This document shows positions 8,849 to 20,100 of a stretch of 64,000 bases of DNA, in pieces. Both the position numbers and the translations under genes were made by a program. The stretch comes from Thermoanaerobaculia bacterium (GTDB lineage Bacteria > Acidobacteriota > Thermoanaerobaculia > Multivoradales > Multivoraceae): assembly GCA_963666565.1 (NCBI GenBank), contig OY762911.1, positions 1,824,001 through 1,888,000 of the forward strand. The letters run 5' to 3'. Each line of letters begins with the position of its first letter. Positions within the stretch are counted from its first letter, which is position 1. Under the pieces are notes generated by a model. It was not told the origin of the DNA, did no database searches, and saw only the letters and a program-made list of their open reading frames with translations.

Positions 8849-10077
8849 GTAGCGATCCGGCGGAGACGGACCGCCGCGATCCGCTGGCGCGCTTCCGCGA
8901 CCGGTTCGATCTTCCGGAAGGGCTGATCTACCTCGGCGGACACTCCCTCGGCCCCCCGCCGCGCACGCTGCGGGCCCGCGCTGAGAGGCTGATCGGCCGG
9001 GAGTGGGGAACGGACCTGGTCGCGGCCTGGAACCGGAGCGACTGGCTGGAGCTGCCGGAGCGGGTCGGGGCGCGGATCGCCCGGCTGGTCGGCGCCGGCG
9101 TGGACGAGACGATCGCGGCCGACTCCGTCTCGGTCAACCTGTTCAAGCTGCTCGGGGCGTTGATGACGAAGGCGCGGGGCCGCAAGGTCGTGCTCGCCGA
9201 CGAGGGCAACTTTCCGACCGACCTCTACATGGCGCAGGGCCTCGCGCGCCTTCTCGAGGAGGCCGGGGCGACGCTCCGGCTCACGGCGCCGGAGGACCTC
9301 GAACCGGCCCTGGGACCCGACGTGGCCGTGGCGACCGTTTCTCACGTGGACTTTCGCACCGGGCGGCGACGCGACCTGCGGGCGCTGACCGCCGCGGCGC
9401 GCGCGAGCGGCGTGCCGCTGGTCTGGGACCTCAGCCACAGCGCGGGCGCCGTCGGTCTGCGGCTCGGCGAGGACGGCGTCGAGTACGCGGTCGGCTGCGG
9501 TTACAAGTACCTGAACGGCGGTCCGGGCGCGCCAGGCTTCCTCTACGTGGCGCGGGAGCTGCAGGATTCCCTCGAATCGCCCCTCGCGAGTTGGATGGGT
9601 CATGCCAGCCCGTTCGAGTTCGAGACGCGGTACCGGCCGGCGCCGGGAATGCGCCGCTTCCTGAGCGGAACCCCGCCGATCCTCTCTCTGGTCGCCCTGG
9701 AGGATGGCTTGCGGACCTTCGAGGGCGTCGAGATGGAGGAACTGCGGAGCAAGAGCGAGGCGCTGGGCGACCTCTTCCTCCGGCTCGCCGGCGAGCGGCT
9801 GGCCGAGTTCGGCGTCGTCCCGGCGAGTCCCGCGGACGCCCGGGAGCGGGGCAGCCAGGTGTCGCTGCGCCACCCCGAGGCGTACGCGCTGATGCAGGCG
9901 TTGGCGGCTCGCGGCGTGATCGGCGATTCGCGCGGGCCGGACCTGATGCGGTTCGGCTTGGCGCCCCTGTACGTGAGGTACGAGGACATCCGGGGCGCCG
10001 TCGAGGCGCTCCGCCTCGTGTTCGTGAACGGCGAACACCTGGGCGCCCGCTTCCGGGCGCGGAAGCGAGTGCCCTGA
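8845..10077 (+). CDS. kynU: kynureninase
   Basis: DPLARFRDRF, YLGGHSLG, FPTDLY, WDLSHSAGA and PLP-lysine motif GCGYKYLNGGPGAP. GTG start overlaps the upstream TGA. Confidence 0.9.
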   Translation: MSSDPAETDRRDPLARFRDRFDLPEGLIYLGGHSLGPPPRTLRARAERLIGREWGTDLVAAWNRSDWLELPERVGARIARLVGAGVDETIAADSVSVNLFKLLGALMTKARGRKVVLADEGNFPTDLYMAQGLARLLEEAGATLRLTAPEDLEPALGPDVAVATVSHVDFRTGRRRDLRALTAAARASGVPLVWDLSHSAGAVGLRLGEDGVEYAVGCGYKYLNGGPGAPGFLYVARELQDSLESPLASWMGHASPFEFETRYRPAPGMRRFLSGTPPILSLVALEDGLRTFEGVEMEELRSKSEALGDLFLRLAGERLAEFGVVPASPADARERGSQVSLRHPEAYALMQALAARGVIGDSRGPDLMRFGLAPLYVRYEDIRGAVEALRLVFVNGEHLGARFRARKRVP

Positions 10078-10180
10078 TCCGCCCGGAGCGCTCGCGAACG
10101 GGACATGTGTCGGTGGTCGGGTTGTGGTACGGTGTTCCACACTTGAATCCACCCGAAACCGACCCGAGGAGACCCGATCC

Positions 10181-11593
10181 ATGAAGCAGGCCGTTGCCTT
10201 GCTCTCCATCCTCGCGCTTGCCGCTCCGCTCGCGGCGGCGAACAACAACAACGATGCGCCGGCGGCGACGCCTACCTACTACGGCGAAGTGCAGTCGATC
10301 CTGGAGCAGAACTGCCAGGTCTGCCACCGGCCGAACGGCGCCAACCTGGGCGGCATGGTGGCGCCGATGGCATTCACCAGCTACCAGGAAACGCGGCCCT
10401 GGGCGCGCTCCATCGCCCGCCAGGTGGAGGCCGGCCTGATGCCGCCGTGGCACGCGGCGCCGCGTCATGCGGGCACGTTCGTGAACGAGCGTTCGCTGGC
10501 GGACGAGCACAAGGCGGCCCTGATCGCCTGGGCCAAGGGCGGAGCGCCGATGGGCAACGCCGCCGACGCGCCGCCGGCCAGGGTCTGGGACCGCAGCGAC
10601 GGCTGGACGATCGGCGAGCCGGACCTGGTCATGGACATGGGCGAGGACTTCTTCGTCGAGGACGACGTCCAGGATCAGTACGTGAACTTCGAGACCGTGA
10701 TCACGGAAGAGATGCTGCCGGAGCCGCGCTGGATCAAGGCGGTCGAGTTCCGTCCGGGCGGCCCGGTGGTGCATCACATCATCGCGCGTCCGCTCGGCGG
10801 CATCGCGCCGGGCAACGACCCGACGGTCCACCACGACGGCTTCGGCACCCTGCTCAAGCCGGGCACGACGCTCCGCTGGCAGATGCACTACCACAAGGAG
10901 CCCGGCCCCGGCACCGGCGCCTGGGACCGCTCCTCGGTGGCGGTCCGGTTCTATCCGAAGGACTACCAGCCGGACTACGTGATGCAGAACAAGGCGATGG
11001 GCAAGTTCGACTTCGAGATTCCGCCCGGCGAATCGAACTACGTCGCGAAGACGACGACGAGTTTCGACCGCGACGCGCTGCTGCTCGGATACACGCCGCA
11101 CATGCACCTGCGCGGCAAGTCGGCTCACTACCTGGCGAAGTACCCCGACGGCACGGAAGAGGTTCTGCTCGACGTGCCGCGCTACGACTTCAACTGGCAG
11201 ACCCACTATAAGTACCCGGCGGGCGGCAAGAAGATCCCGGCCGGCACCGAGATCGAGCTGACGATGGCTTGGGACAACTCGGCGGACAACCCGGCGAACC
11301 CGGATCCGACGAAGACCGTCGTCTACGGCGGCCCGACGACCTCCGAGATGATGTTCGGCTTCGTCTCCTACGCCGACGCGGAAGCCGGCTACAACCCCTC
11401 CGACACCGGCTTCCTGGGGCAGCAGCGGTTCAACCTCGATGAGTTCAAGAAGCTCGTCAAGGAGCGTTTCAACGTCGAGTGGGACTCGCTGACCGAGGAG
11501 GAGCAGGGTCAACTGTTCCGCCAGTTCCGCCGGCAGCAGCGCCGGAACGCGGACAGCGACGCCAGCGAGGGGGCGGTCAGCGGCGGCGAGTAG
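10181..11593 (+). CDS. secreted heme-c + copper type II monooxygenase-like protein
   Basis: Signal peptide, CQVCH heme motif, MPPW, VVHHI, QMHY, PHMHLRG, YDFNWQ and EMM. GAGGAG Shine-Dalgarno upstream. Confidence 0.75.
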   Translation: MKQAVALLSILALAAPLAAANNNNDAPAATPTYYGEVQSILEQNCQVCHRPNGANLGGMVAPMAFTSYQETRPWARSIARQVEAGLMPPWHAAPRHAGTFVNERSLADEHKAALIAWAKGGAPMGNAADAPPARVWDRSDGWTIGEPDLVMDMGEDFFVEDDVQDQYVNFETVITEEMLPEPRWIKAVEFRPGGPVVHHIIARPLGGIAPGNDPTVHHDGFGTLLKPGTTLRWQMHYHKEPGPGTGAWDRSSVAVRFYPKDYQPDYVMQNKAMGKFDFEIPPGESNYVAKTTTSFDRDALLLGYTPHMHLRGKSAHYLAKYPDGTEEVLLDVPRYDFNWQTHYKYPAGGKKIPAGTEIELTMAWDNSADNPANPDPTKTVVYGGPTTSEMMFGFVSYADAEAGYNPSDTGFLGQQRFNLDEFKKLVKERFNVEWDSLTEEEQGQLFRQFRRQQRRNADSDASEGAVSGGE

Positions 11594-11603
11594 CGGCCGC
11601 GCC

Positions 11604-11628
11604 CCGGTGCGCCGGCCTTCCGGCCGGC
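11604..11628 (+). repeat. REP-like hairpin copy
   Basis: CCGGTGCGCCGGCCTTCCGGCCGGC, with the same GGTGC-stem-loop architecture as the other copies. Confidence 0.55.
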
Positions 11629-11660
11629 TCTCCGGCGAAGTCGCCTTCGCGAAATCGACG

Positions 11661-11692
11661 ACCCCGCCCCGGCTTCGGCCGCGGCGGGGTTT
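11661..11692. terminator. GC-rich hairpin between convergent genes, probable terminator
   Basis: ACCCCGCCCCGGC-TTCG-GCCGCGGCGGGGT followed by a short T run, between the monooxygenase stop and the recD stop. Confidence 0.6.
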
Positions 11693-11697
11693 CGTCG

Positions 11698-13458
11698 TCA
11701 GCGCAACCGGTCCAGCAACCCGGTGGCGCGTGACGTCGTTCGCAGGACGGCAGCGCGGACTGCTTTGTCGTCGGCCATTACGGTCACCCGCTCCCGCGCC
11801 CGGGTCACGGCCGTGTAGAGCAGCTCCCGCGTGTTGACGCGGGAGTCCGCCGGGCCCGGGACGAAGACCACCTCGTCGTACTCGGAGCCTTGAGCCCGGT
11901 GCACGGTCAGGGCGAAGAAGCTCTCGTGTTGCGGCAGGCGGGAGGGCGAGACGAGGAAGCGCTCGCCGTCGCGGTCGAGGTCGGGGAACCAGACGCGGGG
12001 GTGGCCGGAGTCGCCGGGCACGACGACGCCGGTCTCGCCGTTCGTGAGATCGGTCTGCCGGTCGTTGCGGCTGACGATGATCGGACGCCCGACGTAGAAC
12101 TCGTCGTGCTCGGTCCGGCGCCCTGCTTCGGCGAGGTGGCGCTCGACCACTCGGTTGAAGCGGTCGGTGCCGAAGGGGCCTCGCCGATGGCTGCACAGGA
12201 CCCGCCGGGCCGGGAAGGGCCTGGCGTGCCGCGGGTCCGCCGCCAGCTTCGCCATGTGGTCGGACCATTGCCGGGCGCACTTGCGGGCGAACGCGTCGAA
12301 GGCGGCCTCGTCCTCCAGCGGCTCGAGTCGGGTCCGGGCGTCGCCGCCGTCCCGCAGGACACGCACGGCCGCGTCGATATCGCCGACGACCACGGCCGCG
12401 GCGAGCCGGCCGATGCCGGAGCGCTTGTCGAAGCGGTAGTTCTTCGTCAGCGTCGTTACGCAGTCGGCCAGCGATCCCCGGTCGCCCGCCTGGCAGAGAT
12501 CGCTGAAGACGGAACCCGGTTCCACCGATGCCAACTGGTCCGCGTCGCCCAGGAGGATCAGGCGGCAGTGCTTCGGCAATGCGGTTGCCAGGCGGACCGT
12601 CAACTGCAGGTCGGCCATCGAGCACTCGTCGACGACGAGGGCGTCGAGGCGGTCCATCCGGCTGGTGCGGCTTGCCAGCAGGCGGTGAACGGTCCACGCC
12701 TCGGCCGGGAACTCGTGAAGCCCCGGTATCCGGTCCAGGAGGCTCGGGCTCAGCTTCCCCCGGACCGACTCCTGGATGCGCGACGCCGCCTTGCCCGTCG
12801 GCGCGGCGAGGCCGATCCGGCGCGGGTGAGCCAGGCCGGCGTCGATCAGCGCGGCGATCAGCTTGGCGGCGAGCGTCGTCTTGCCGGTGCCGGGGCCGCC
12901 GGTGACGATGCACAGCCTCCGCTCCAGGGCGATGTGCAGGCCGGCGACCGCCTCGGCGGTTCGGTCCTCCCCCTCGTCGAAGACCCGCGCGCTCGTGGAC
13001 TCGATCCGGGTTGGGGGATGCCGGTCCGCCGCCAGGACGCGCAGGCGAGACGCCAGTTCGCGCTCGGCGTGGAACAGGCGGTGCAGGTAGAGGCGGTCGC
13101 GGTCCAGCACGAGGGGCCGGTCGTTCGTCGCGCTAGCGTCCGCGGCGACGACGGGGCTTCGAGCCAGCGCTTCAAGCAGGGCGGCCTTTCCGGGTAGTGC
13201 GACCGCCTGCAGTTCGGCGGCGAGCGTCTCCTCCGGGCGGCCCGAATCGGGTCGCTCCACGAGCGCGGCGATGGGTTTGCCGGCGTTTCCGAGATCGAGG
13301 CAGGCGTGGCCGTTCCGGTGAAGCGCGCTCGTCGTGGCGGCTGCCAGCGCGACGTCGTGGCCGGCGCCGAGGTCCATCGTCAAGCGGGCGAAGTAGCGGT
13401 CGACGTCGGCGAAAACGCCGGCTTCGGTCAGCGCGTCGATCCGGGCGCCGCCGCTCAT
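11698..13458 (-). CDS. recD: exodeoxyribonuclease V alpha subunit
   Basis: Walker A TGGPGTGKTT, APTGKAA, VVDECSM, LGDADQLASVEPG, TVHRAQGSEY and LLYTAVTRA. Confidence 0.95.
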   Translation of the reverse strand: MSGGARIDALTEAGVFADVDRYFARLTMDLGAGHDVALAAATTSALHRNGHACLDLGNAGKPIAALVERPDSGRPEETLAAELQAVALPGKAALLEALARSPVVAADASATNDRPLVLDRDRLYLHRLFHAERELASRLRVLAADRHPPTRIESTSARVFDEGEDRTAEAVAGLHIALERRLCIVTGGPGTGKTTLAAKLIAALIDAGLAHPRRIGLAAPTGKAASRIQESVRGKLSPSLLDRIPGLHEFPAEAWTVHRLLASRTSRMDRLDALVVDECSMADLQLTVRLATALPKHCRLILLGDADQLASVEPGSVFSDLCQAGDRGSLADCVTTLTKNYRFDKRSGIGRLAAAVVVGDIDAAVRVLRDGGDARTRLEPLEDEAAFDAFARKCARQWSDHMAKLAADPRHARPFPARRVLCSHRRGPFGTDRFNRVVERHLAEAGRRTEHDEFYVGRPIIVSRNDRQTDLTNGETGVVVPGDSGHPRVWFPDLDRDGERFLVSPSRLPQHESFFALTVHRAQGSEYDEVVFVPGPADSRVNTRELLYTAVTRARERVTVMADDKAVRAAVLRTTSRATGLLDRLR

Positions 13459-16400
13459 GGCGCTTCGTCGAAGCAGGCGTCGATCGCTTCGATGCAGGCG
13501 CGGGACGGACGGTCGCGGAACACGCCGCTACCGGGCGCGTTCGGCCTCATGCCGCGCAGGAACAGGTAGAGGGCACCGCCGATGTGGCGATCGTAGTCGT
13601 AGTCCGGCAGGCGCAGGCGTAGCAGGCGGTGCAGCGCGGTCAGGTACAGGAGGTACTGGAGCTGGTAGCCGTGCTGACTCATCGACCGCGCGATCGCCGC
13701 CTCCGAGTACGAGGCGAGGTCAGGACCGAGCCAGTTCGACTTGTAGTCGATGGCGTACCAGCGGCCGTCGTGCCGGGTCACCAGATCGATGAAGCCGTGC
13801 AGGAAGCCGTCGATCTCGCCGTCGCCCGGGGCGAGCCGGTGTTCGTAGCCGTGCTCTTCGAGGCGGCGCGCGAGCGTCGCGAGCTGGAGCTTGCGGAGCG
13901 GCAGGTGGAACTCCAGTTCGACGATCGGCTGCTTGAGGTCGGAGAGCCGGAAGACGGCGCCGGCCTCGCCGGGAGGCACAAGCGGCGTTTCGAGGCCGTT
14001 CTCGACCAAAGTTCGGACGACCCCCAGCCACTTGCCCTGGAAGCCGTAGCGGATGAGCGCCGCCTCGCACGTGTCCTCGAGGCTCTCCCCGCGGGCGTCG
14101 CCGAGACGCCGTTCGAAGATCTCGTGCAGACAGCGGCCGGATCGCCCGCCGCGCGGGAAGCTGTGGACGGTCGGTCCTTCCTCGGGCGGCGCCGCTCGAA
14201 GCCCCCGGTCTGCCGCTTCCTGGATCGCGGTCGCTTCGTCGCGCTCGGGGAGGTCGACCTCGTCCCGGTCGTGTGCGGGCGCATGGGCCGGTGCGCCGGC
14301 CGACAGGGCGGAGTAGCTGGTTCGCTGGCGGATCGCGCCGAGTTCTCGGCCGAGTTCGCGGGCCGCGAGAGGCTCGCTCCCGCCGGCGCCGCTCCGTGGC
14401 CCGTCCGAAGGCGGCGCCGCCGCGAGGTCCCGGACCGAGACCGCTCCGTCCGCCCGGCCGGCGAAAGCGTGGGCTTCGGCACGCCACTCCGCGTCGCTCA
14501 GTCCCTTCAGCCGGGCGGCCTTCTCGTCCAGCAGCCCGACGGGATCCCCGTCGCCGCCGGTCCGGTCGTGGAGGAGCCAGGCCAGCGGCGCGTGTTCGGC
14601 GCCGCCGTCGGGCGCCCAGGTCACGACGCAGCGGCATTCGGCCCGGGTCAGGGCGACGTAGAGCAGCCGCAGTTCGTCCGCGTGCTCCTCGACCCGTTCG
14701 CGTCCGTAGGCTTCGTCCGACGGGTTCAGATCGAGCACCGGGATCTTGCCGTTTCGGTCGTAGTACTCGGCCGTGGGGTTCCTGTTCCTGCCGGACGGCG
14801 GCGGGCGGCCGTCCCAGGCGAAGGGGTAGAACACGATCGGGTACTCGAGCCCCTTGGCCCGGTGGACGGTGACGATCTTCACCAGCTTCTCGTCGCTCTC
14901 CAGGCGGAGCTGGGCCGTCTCGTCGCTGGCGCGGGACTCCGCCCGCGAACGCCTGAACCAGTCGAGGAGGCCCTGGCGCGAGGGCCTGCGGCGAGTCTCG
15001 GCCTCGTGGAGCAGGTCGGTCAGGTGCAGGTAGTTCGTGAGCCTGCGCGGCCCGTCCGGGTAGCGGAGCAGGTGCTCGGAGCAGTCCGGATCGCCCGCGA
15101 ACAGGATGTGCCGCATCAGCGTGGCGATGCCGCGTTCCTGCCAGATCCCGGTCCAGGCGCCCGCCCGCCCGCGCCAGCGGCCCCAGGCGTCGTCGTCGTC
15201 CCGCAGGCCGGCGAGTTCCCGCATGTCCAGGCCGAACAGGTCGGCCGCGAGCGCGCCGCGGAGCAGGGGCGTGGCGCCGTACTCGGACTCGTCGAGGCAG
15301 AGGGCGCGGAGCAGGCGGTGGAGAGCGTCCGCCTCGGCGGAGTCGAAGACGTTGTCCGTACCCATCTCGACGCTGTCGATCCCGAGATCGCGCAATGCCT
15401 GAGCGACGGCCCGGCCCTGCCTGTTCGTGCGCACGAGAGCTGCGATGTCGCCGCCGGCGACGGGCCGCGGCCCTTCGCTGCCGCCGGTCAGCGTCGCCCG
15501 GCCGTCCTCGCCCAGCGCGACCAGCCGGGCGATCTCGCGGGCGGCCCGCTCCGCCGCCAAGCGGATCAGGTCCGGCTTGGTTCGCCTCGGGCCGGCGTCC
15601 TTCGGAATCAGGACGATCTGGAACGGGGCCGGATCGTCGCCTGCGTCCTGGACGTCGAGTTGCTTCGGCTCGTGGTCCTCGGGCGAGCCGGCGGCCAGGA
15701 AGTCGAACTCCGGCAGCACGAACGGAAGCGGCCGGGAGAACAGCGCGTTGACGGCGCGGATCAGCCCGTCCGTGGAGCGGTAGTTGTGCGCGAGACTCAG
15801 CGACTCGCCGGACGCACTCAGGCGGTCCTGCGCTTCCAGGTAGGCGAAGACGTCGGCGCCCCGGAAGCGGTAGATGGACTGCTTCGGGTCGCCGACGACG
15901 AACAGGCGTCCGTTGGCCGGGTCGGCGCCGCCGGGGTAGATCTTCCGGAAGATCTCCGCCTGCAGGCGATCCGTGTCCTGGAACTCGTCGATCAGGGCGA
16001 CCGGGTAGCGCTGGCGGATGCGCCGGGCGAGTTCGTCGCCGCGCTCGGCGGCGAGAGCGCGGTGCAGCTCGACGAGCAGGGCGTCGAAGCTCAGGCCGCG
16101 CTCCGCCCAGGCGTTATGGTGCAGCGATGCGCGGGCGTCCCGGAGGAGGTCGCGGCGTTGCCCGGCGAGCCAGAGTTCGCCGTACTCTTCGCCGGCTTCG
16201 CCCAGGCGCTGGAGCGCGTCGAACAACGGCGCCGGCGGCGGCGGGTTCTGCTTGTAGAGCCTGGAGGCCAGCTTCTTGCGGCCGAAGAAGCCGGCGTAGT
16301 CCGGGGCCAGTTCCTCCAGGGCGCCGGTATCGAACGCGTCGACGACGGTCTCGATGCGCTGGCCGTCCCGCTTCTTGCTGAGCCAGCGGTACTCGTGGGC

Positions 16401-17147
16401 GACGGCCAGGAACGTCTCCCTCTGCGAGGGGTCGGACCAGGCCGCCTGAGCCGCGCGGAGGGCCGAGCGCCACTCTTCCCGCTTCGAGCGCAGGTCTCCG
16501 GGGAAGTCCTCGGCAGGACCCGCGCCGTGAATGTCCTGCCCCTTGGCGTGATGCCCCGCGACCCAGGCGGTCGTGTCCTCGTTGGGAACGAAGCTCCTCG
16601 ACTTCGCGTAGTCGAGCAGGGCGACGGACTCCTCGACCATCCAGCGGCGCCAGTAGTCGCGCGTCGCCGAACCGACGGCCAGCGCGTCGCCGCCGCTCAC
16701 GCCGAAGACGAACGGAACGTGGGCGTGGAGGGCGAACTCGCCGAGCGCGCGCTGGCAGAAGCCGTGGATCGTCGTGATGTTCGCCCGGTCGAAGTCGCGG
16801 ATGGCCGCGGTCAGCCGGGCCGAGGCCTCCGCCTCGGGGATTCCCTTGCGCTGCCAGCGTTTCCGGAGCCGCGACGCCTGTTCGTGGTCCGGGACGGACC
16901 CGCCGCCCGCGACGGCCCTTCGCGCGGCCTGGAGGGTCCGGCGCACTCGAGTGCGCAACTGGCCGGCGGCCGAGATCGTGAAGGTGACGATCAGGAGTTC
17001 GTCGAGTGCGCGCTCCTGTTCGACGATCAGCCGGGCCGCCAGCGTGGTGAGGGCGAAGGTCTTGCCGGTTCCGGCGCTTGCCTCGATCAGCAGAGGGGCG
17101 TCGAGAGACGCGTCGAAGGCGTCGCGACGTTCGCTTCCGGCGGTCAC
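13455..17147 (-). CDS. recB: exodeoxyribonuclease V beta subunit
   Basis: IEASAGTGKT, TIHGFC, DEFQDTD, VGDPKQSIYRFRGAD, LLYVALTRA and nuclease GFIDL...IDYKSN. GTG start overlaps the recC stop. Confidence 0.95.
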   Translation of the reverse strand: MTAGSERRDAFDASLDAPLLIEASAGTGKTFALTTLAARLIVEQERALDELLIVTFTISAAGQLRTRVRRTLQAARRAVAGGGSVPDHEQASRLRKRWQRKGIPEAEASARLTAAIRDFDRANITTIHGFCQRALGEFALHAHVPFVFGVSGGDALAVGSATRDYWRRWMVEESVALLDYAKSRSFVPNEDTTAWVAGHHAKGQDIHGAGPAEDFPGDLRSKREEWRSALRAAQAAWSDPSQRETFLAVAHEYRWLSKKRDGQRIETVVDAFDTGALEELAPDYAGFFGRKKLASRLYKQNPPPPAPLFDALQRLGEAGEEYGELWLAGQRRDLLRDARASLHHNAWAERGLSFDALLVELHRALAAERGDELARRIRQRYPVALIDEFQDTDRLQAEIFRKIYPGGADPANGRLFVVGDPKQSIYRFRGADVFAYLEAQDRLSASGESLSLAHNYRSTDGLIRAVNALFSRPLPFVLPEFDFLAAGSPEDHEPKQLDVQDAGDDPAPFQIVLIPKDAGPRRTKPDLIRLAAERAAREIARLVALGEDGRATLTGGSEGPRPVAGGDIAALVRTNRQGRAVAQALRDLGIDSVEMGTDNVFDSAEADALHRLLRALCLDESEYGATPLLRGALAADLFGLDMRELAGLRDDDDAWGRWRGRAGAWTGIWQERGIATLMRHILFAGDPDCSEHLLRYPDGPRRLTNYLHLTDLLHEAETRRRPSRQGLLDWFRRSRAESRASDETAQLRLESDEKLVKIVTVHRAKGLEYPIVFYPFAWDGRPPPSGRNRNPTAEYYDRNGKIPVLDLNPSDEAYGRERVEEHADELRLLYVALTRAECRCVVTWAPDGGAEHAPLAWLLHDRTGGDGDPVGLLDEKAARLKGLSDAEWRAEAHAFAGRADGAVSVRDLAAAPPSDGPRSGAGGSEPLAARELGRELGAIRQRTSYSALSAGAPAHAPAHDRDEVDLPERDEATAIQEAADRGLRAAPPEEGPTVHSFPRGGRSGRCLHEIFERRLGDARGESLEDTCEAALIRYGFQGKWLGVVRTLVENGLETPLVPPGEAGAVFRLSDLKQPIVELEFHLPLRKLQLATLARRLEEHGYEHRLAPGDGEIDGFLHGFIDLVTRHDGRWYAIDYKSNWLGPDLASYSEAAIARSMSQHGYQLQYLLYLTALHRLLRLRLPDYDYDRHIGGALYLFLRGMRPNAPGSGVFRDRPSRACIEAIDACFDEAP

Positions 17148-20100
17148 GAACTCGCCTCCCGGAGCGGCCCGAGCAGGCGCTTGGCAAGCCGTTCGAACTC
17201 CTCGTTGCAAGGGTCGGCGCCGAAGATCAGCCGGTGGCTGGCGTCGTTGCCTTCGCTCCACGGCTGGCGGGACCACGCGGCCTCGGCGGCGGAGTCCCAT
17301 GCGCTCTTCCTCGTCCACGTCCACGACGTGTGGGCGAAGAACAGCAACGGCCTCCGCTGGCTCGTTCGCCACGCTTCGATCCACTCGTCGAGCAGGGCGC
17401 GGGCATCGGCCGGTGCCGGACCCGCCAGCGTGACGGTCTCCAGCTTGTCCCTGCCGCCGCGCAGTTGGGCCGTGGCGGCCTTGTCCCGGCTGGAGATCAG
17501 CGCCAGCAGCCGCAGCCAGGTCGCGATGCGATCCTTCGCGCGCAGGCTGCCGATCCTCCAGAAGAGGAGCTCGTTCCGCTCCGCGTGGAATTGCTCGACC
17601 GCGCCGACGAGCCGGACACTCCCGAGATCGACCTCCAGGCCGAAGGCGGGGGCGTCGCGGTGCTCCCGGAACTCCTCCAGCTCCCGCTCGAGTTCGGCGA
17701 CCTGTGCCGCGGATTGCCGGTGCTGGACGCGTCCGAGGTTGGCCGCGGGCAGCAGGCCCCGCGCCGCGGCCAGCTCGATCGTCCGTTCGTCGTCGCGCTC
17801 TCCGGTGGCGGCCAGGTCGCTCTTGAGCTGCCACGCTTCGAGCGCGTTCAGATCGAGCGGCTCGTCGTTCTCGACCTCGTCTTCGCGGGTCTCCATCGTC
17901 ATGCCGAGGCGGTGGCGCAGGAAGTGCTTCGAGGGGCTGGCCGCGAAGCGGACGAGGTCTTCCAGTTCGAGTTCCGCACGCCGTTCGCCCGGTTCCTCCG
18001 CCGCCACTTCCCCCGCGAACCGGAGCGGCGTCTCACCGCCGGCGCCGAGCGCCCTGGCCGCCCTGACCATGGAATCGGAGTAGCTGAACAGATCCGGCCT
18101 GCTGGACCCGAAGTACTCGCGGCTGAACGGTTGCAGAGGGTGATCCGTGGTCCAGCTATCTCCCGGTTGCGCTCCCAGGCCGGGGAAGCGCTCCGTCAGG
18201 CAGTCCCTCAGTTCGGTCACGACGACGGACGGAGGGATCGGCCTGTTCTCCTGCACGTCGCGGCCGGTGCAGGTCACGACGAAGCAACGCCTGGCGGCGA
18301 GCAGGGCTTCGAGGAAGGCGAACCGGTCCTCGTCGCGCGGGTCGCGGTCGCCGGGCCGGCGCGCGGCGCCTTCGAACAGCGCCGCCTGGAAGTCGAAGGG
18401 GCTCGGCCCCGGACGGCGGGGGAACGCGCCGTCGTTCATGCCGGCGGCGCAGATCACCTTCGCCGGAAAGATCTGGCCGGACGCAAGTTCCGCGACCGCG
18501 ACTCCTTCGGCGAGTCTGGGTGCCGAGCGTGCCGCCTTCGCGGCGTGACCGGCCAGGGCGTCGCGCAGCACGGGGAAGGGAATCGGCCCGTTCGCCCCGG
18601 CCCGTCCGCACTCGTGGTCGAACTCGTCGATCAGCCGGGATACGGTGTTCACCTCGCGAACGGCCTCGGGGCCAAGGCGGGGTTCGTTGCTGAAGAACGG
18701 TTCCAGGATTTCCGTCCGCAGACGCTCGGTCCAGGCGCCGGCCCGGTGCTCGGCGGCCAGCCACTCGTTCAGCACGAAGACGAGTTCGCAGTAGCGCCGG
18801 AAGCGGCCGAGCAGCTCGTAGTCGCCGGCGCCGGCGTGGAAGCCGAAGCGGTCGAGGGAGCTTGGCGCGATGCCGCCGACGAGCGCGTCCCCTTCCGCCA
18901 TGGCGTAGCCGAGCACCAGCCGGTCGAGACCCCGGCGCCAGTTGTGGTTCTCCGAGGCCGGCACGTCGAGTTCGGCCCGGTGCGTCTCGTCGATGCCCCA
19001 GCGGATCCGGGAACGGGCGACCGCGCCCCTGATCGTCGCCAGGTCGGTGTCGGAGATGCCGAAGCAGGCGCGCACCGGCTCGGCGAGCAGCGGCGCGAGG
19101 ACGTCGCTCGCCGCATAGCGGGATCCGGGAAGCCCCAGCAGGTCGAGAAAGGCGGTGAGAGCCGCTCCCTCCTTGAGCCGCTGCCTGCCGATGTGGAAGT
19201 GGATCCGTCCGGCCGAGCCGAAGACGGCCTCGATCAGAGGGCCGTAGGTGTCGAGGTCGGGCGTGAGCAGGAGGACGTCGGCGGGCTGGACGTCCGGATG
19301 CTCGTCGAAGATGCCCAGCAGCCGGTCGTGCAGGACCTCGATCTCGCGGGTCGGCGAATGGCAGACGTGGATCTGGATCGAGTCGTCCGGGCCTCGCGGC
19401 TCGCGGCCGGCCGACCCGCCGTTCGCATTGGCGCCCAGAACGTCGCGCTGCAGCGCGACCAGACAGGTGGCGCCGTCCGGCATGTCCCGGGCGGCCGGAC
19501 CGTCCGCGACGAGGCCGCCCGGTTCGTCCTGGAGCAGCTCCCGCAGGTCGCGCGCCGAGCGGCCCCATGCCTCCCGCAGTTCGTTCGCCGGCTCGTCGCT
19601 CTTGGGCACCGCCGGTTCGCTCCAGAAACGCCGGCTCGGACTGAGCAGGTACAGGTGAACGTCCATCACGGATGCCGTGAGTCGCAGCGTCTCGACGTAG
19701 GTCGGCGACATCGCGGCGACATGAAAGAGGCTCACGCGCCTTCGCGGGGAAGACGCGAGCCGTCCTTCGAGCGTGTCCCGATAGCGGTCGATGGCGTCCA
19801 CCCAGTGTTGCGGCTCGGCGTCGGCAGCGGCCAGATCCGCCCACAGCCGCGCGTGCCAGCCGTCGTCCGCGCCCCGTTGCCACTGGCGGATGCTCTCCGG
19901 CCGGTACACCCGGCAGCGGTCGTACGCGACGGCGAGCCGGTCGGCCAGCTCGAACCGCTTGCGGGGGTCCCCGTCCGCGAGGTAGCGGCCGATCTCGTCC
20001 TGGCCCTTCCAGTCCGTGAGCCGGTCGAAGATCCTCCAGCGCAGGTGGGGCGGCCCGTACACCGACTGGCCGGTCAGGTTCTCCACTTCCTCGCGCATCG

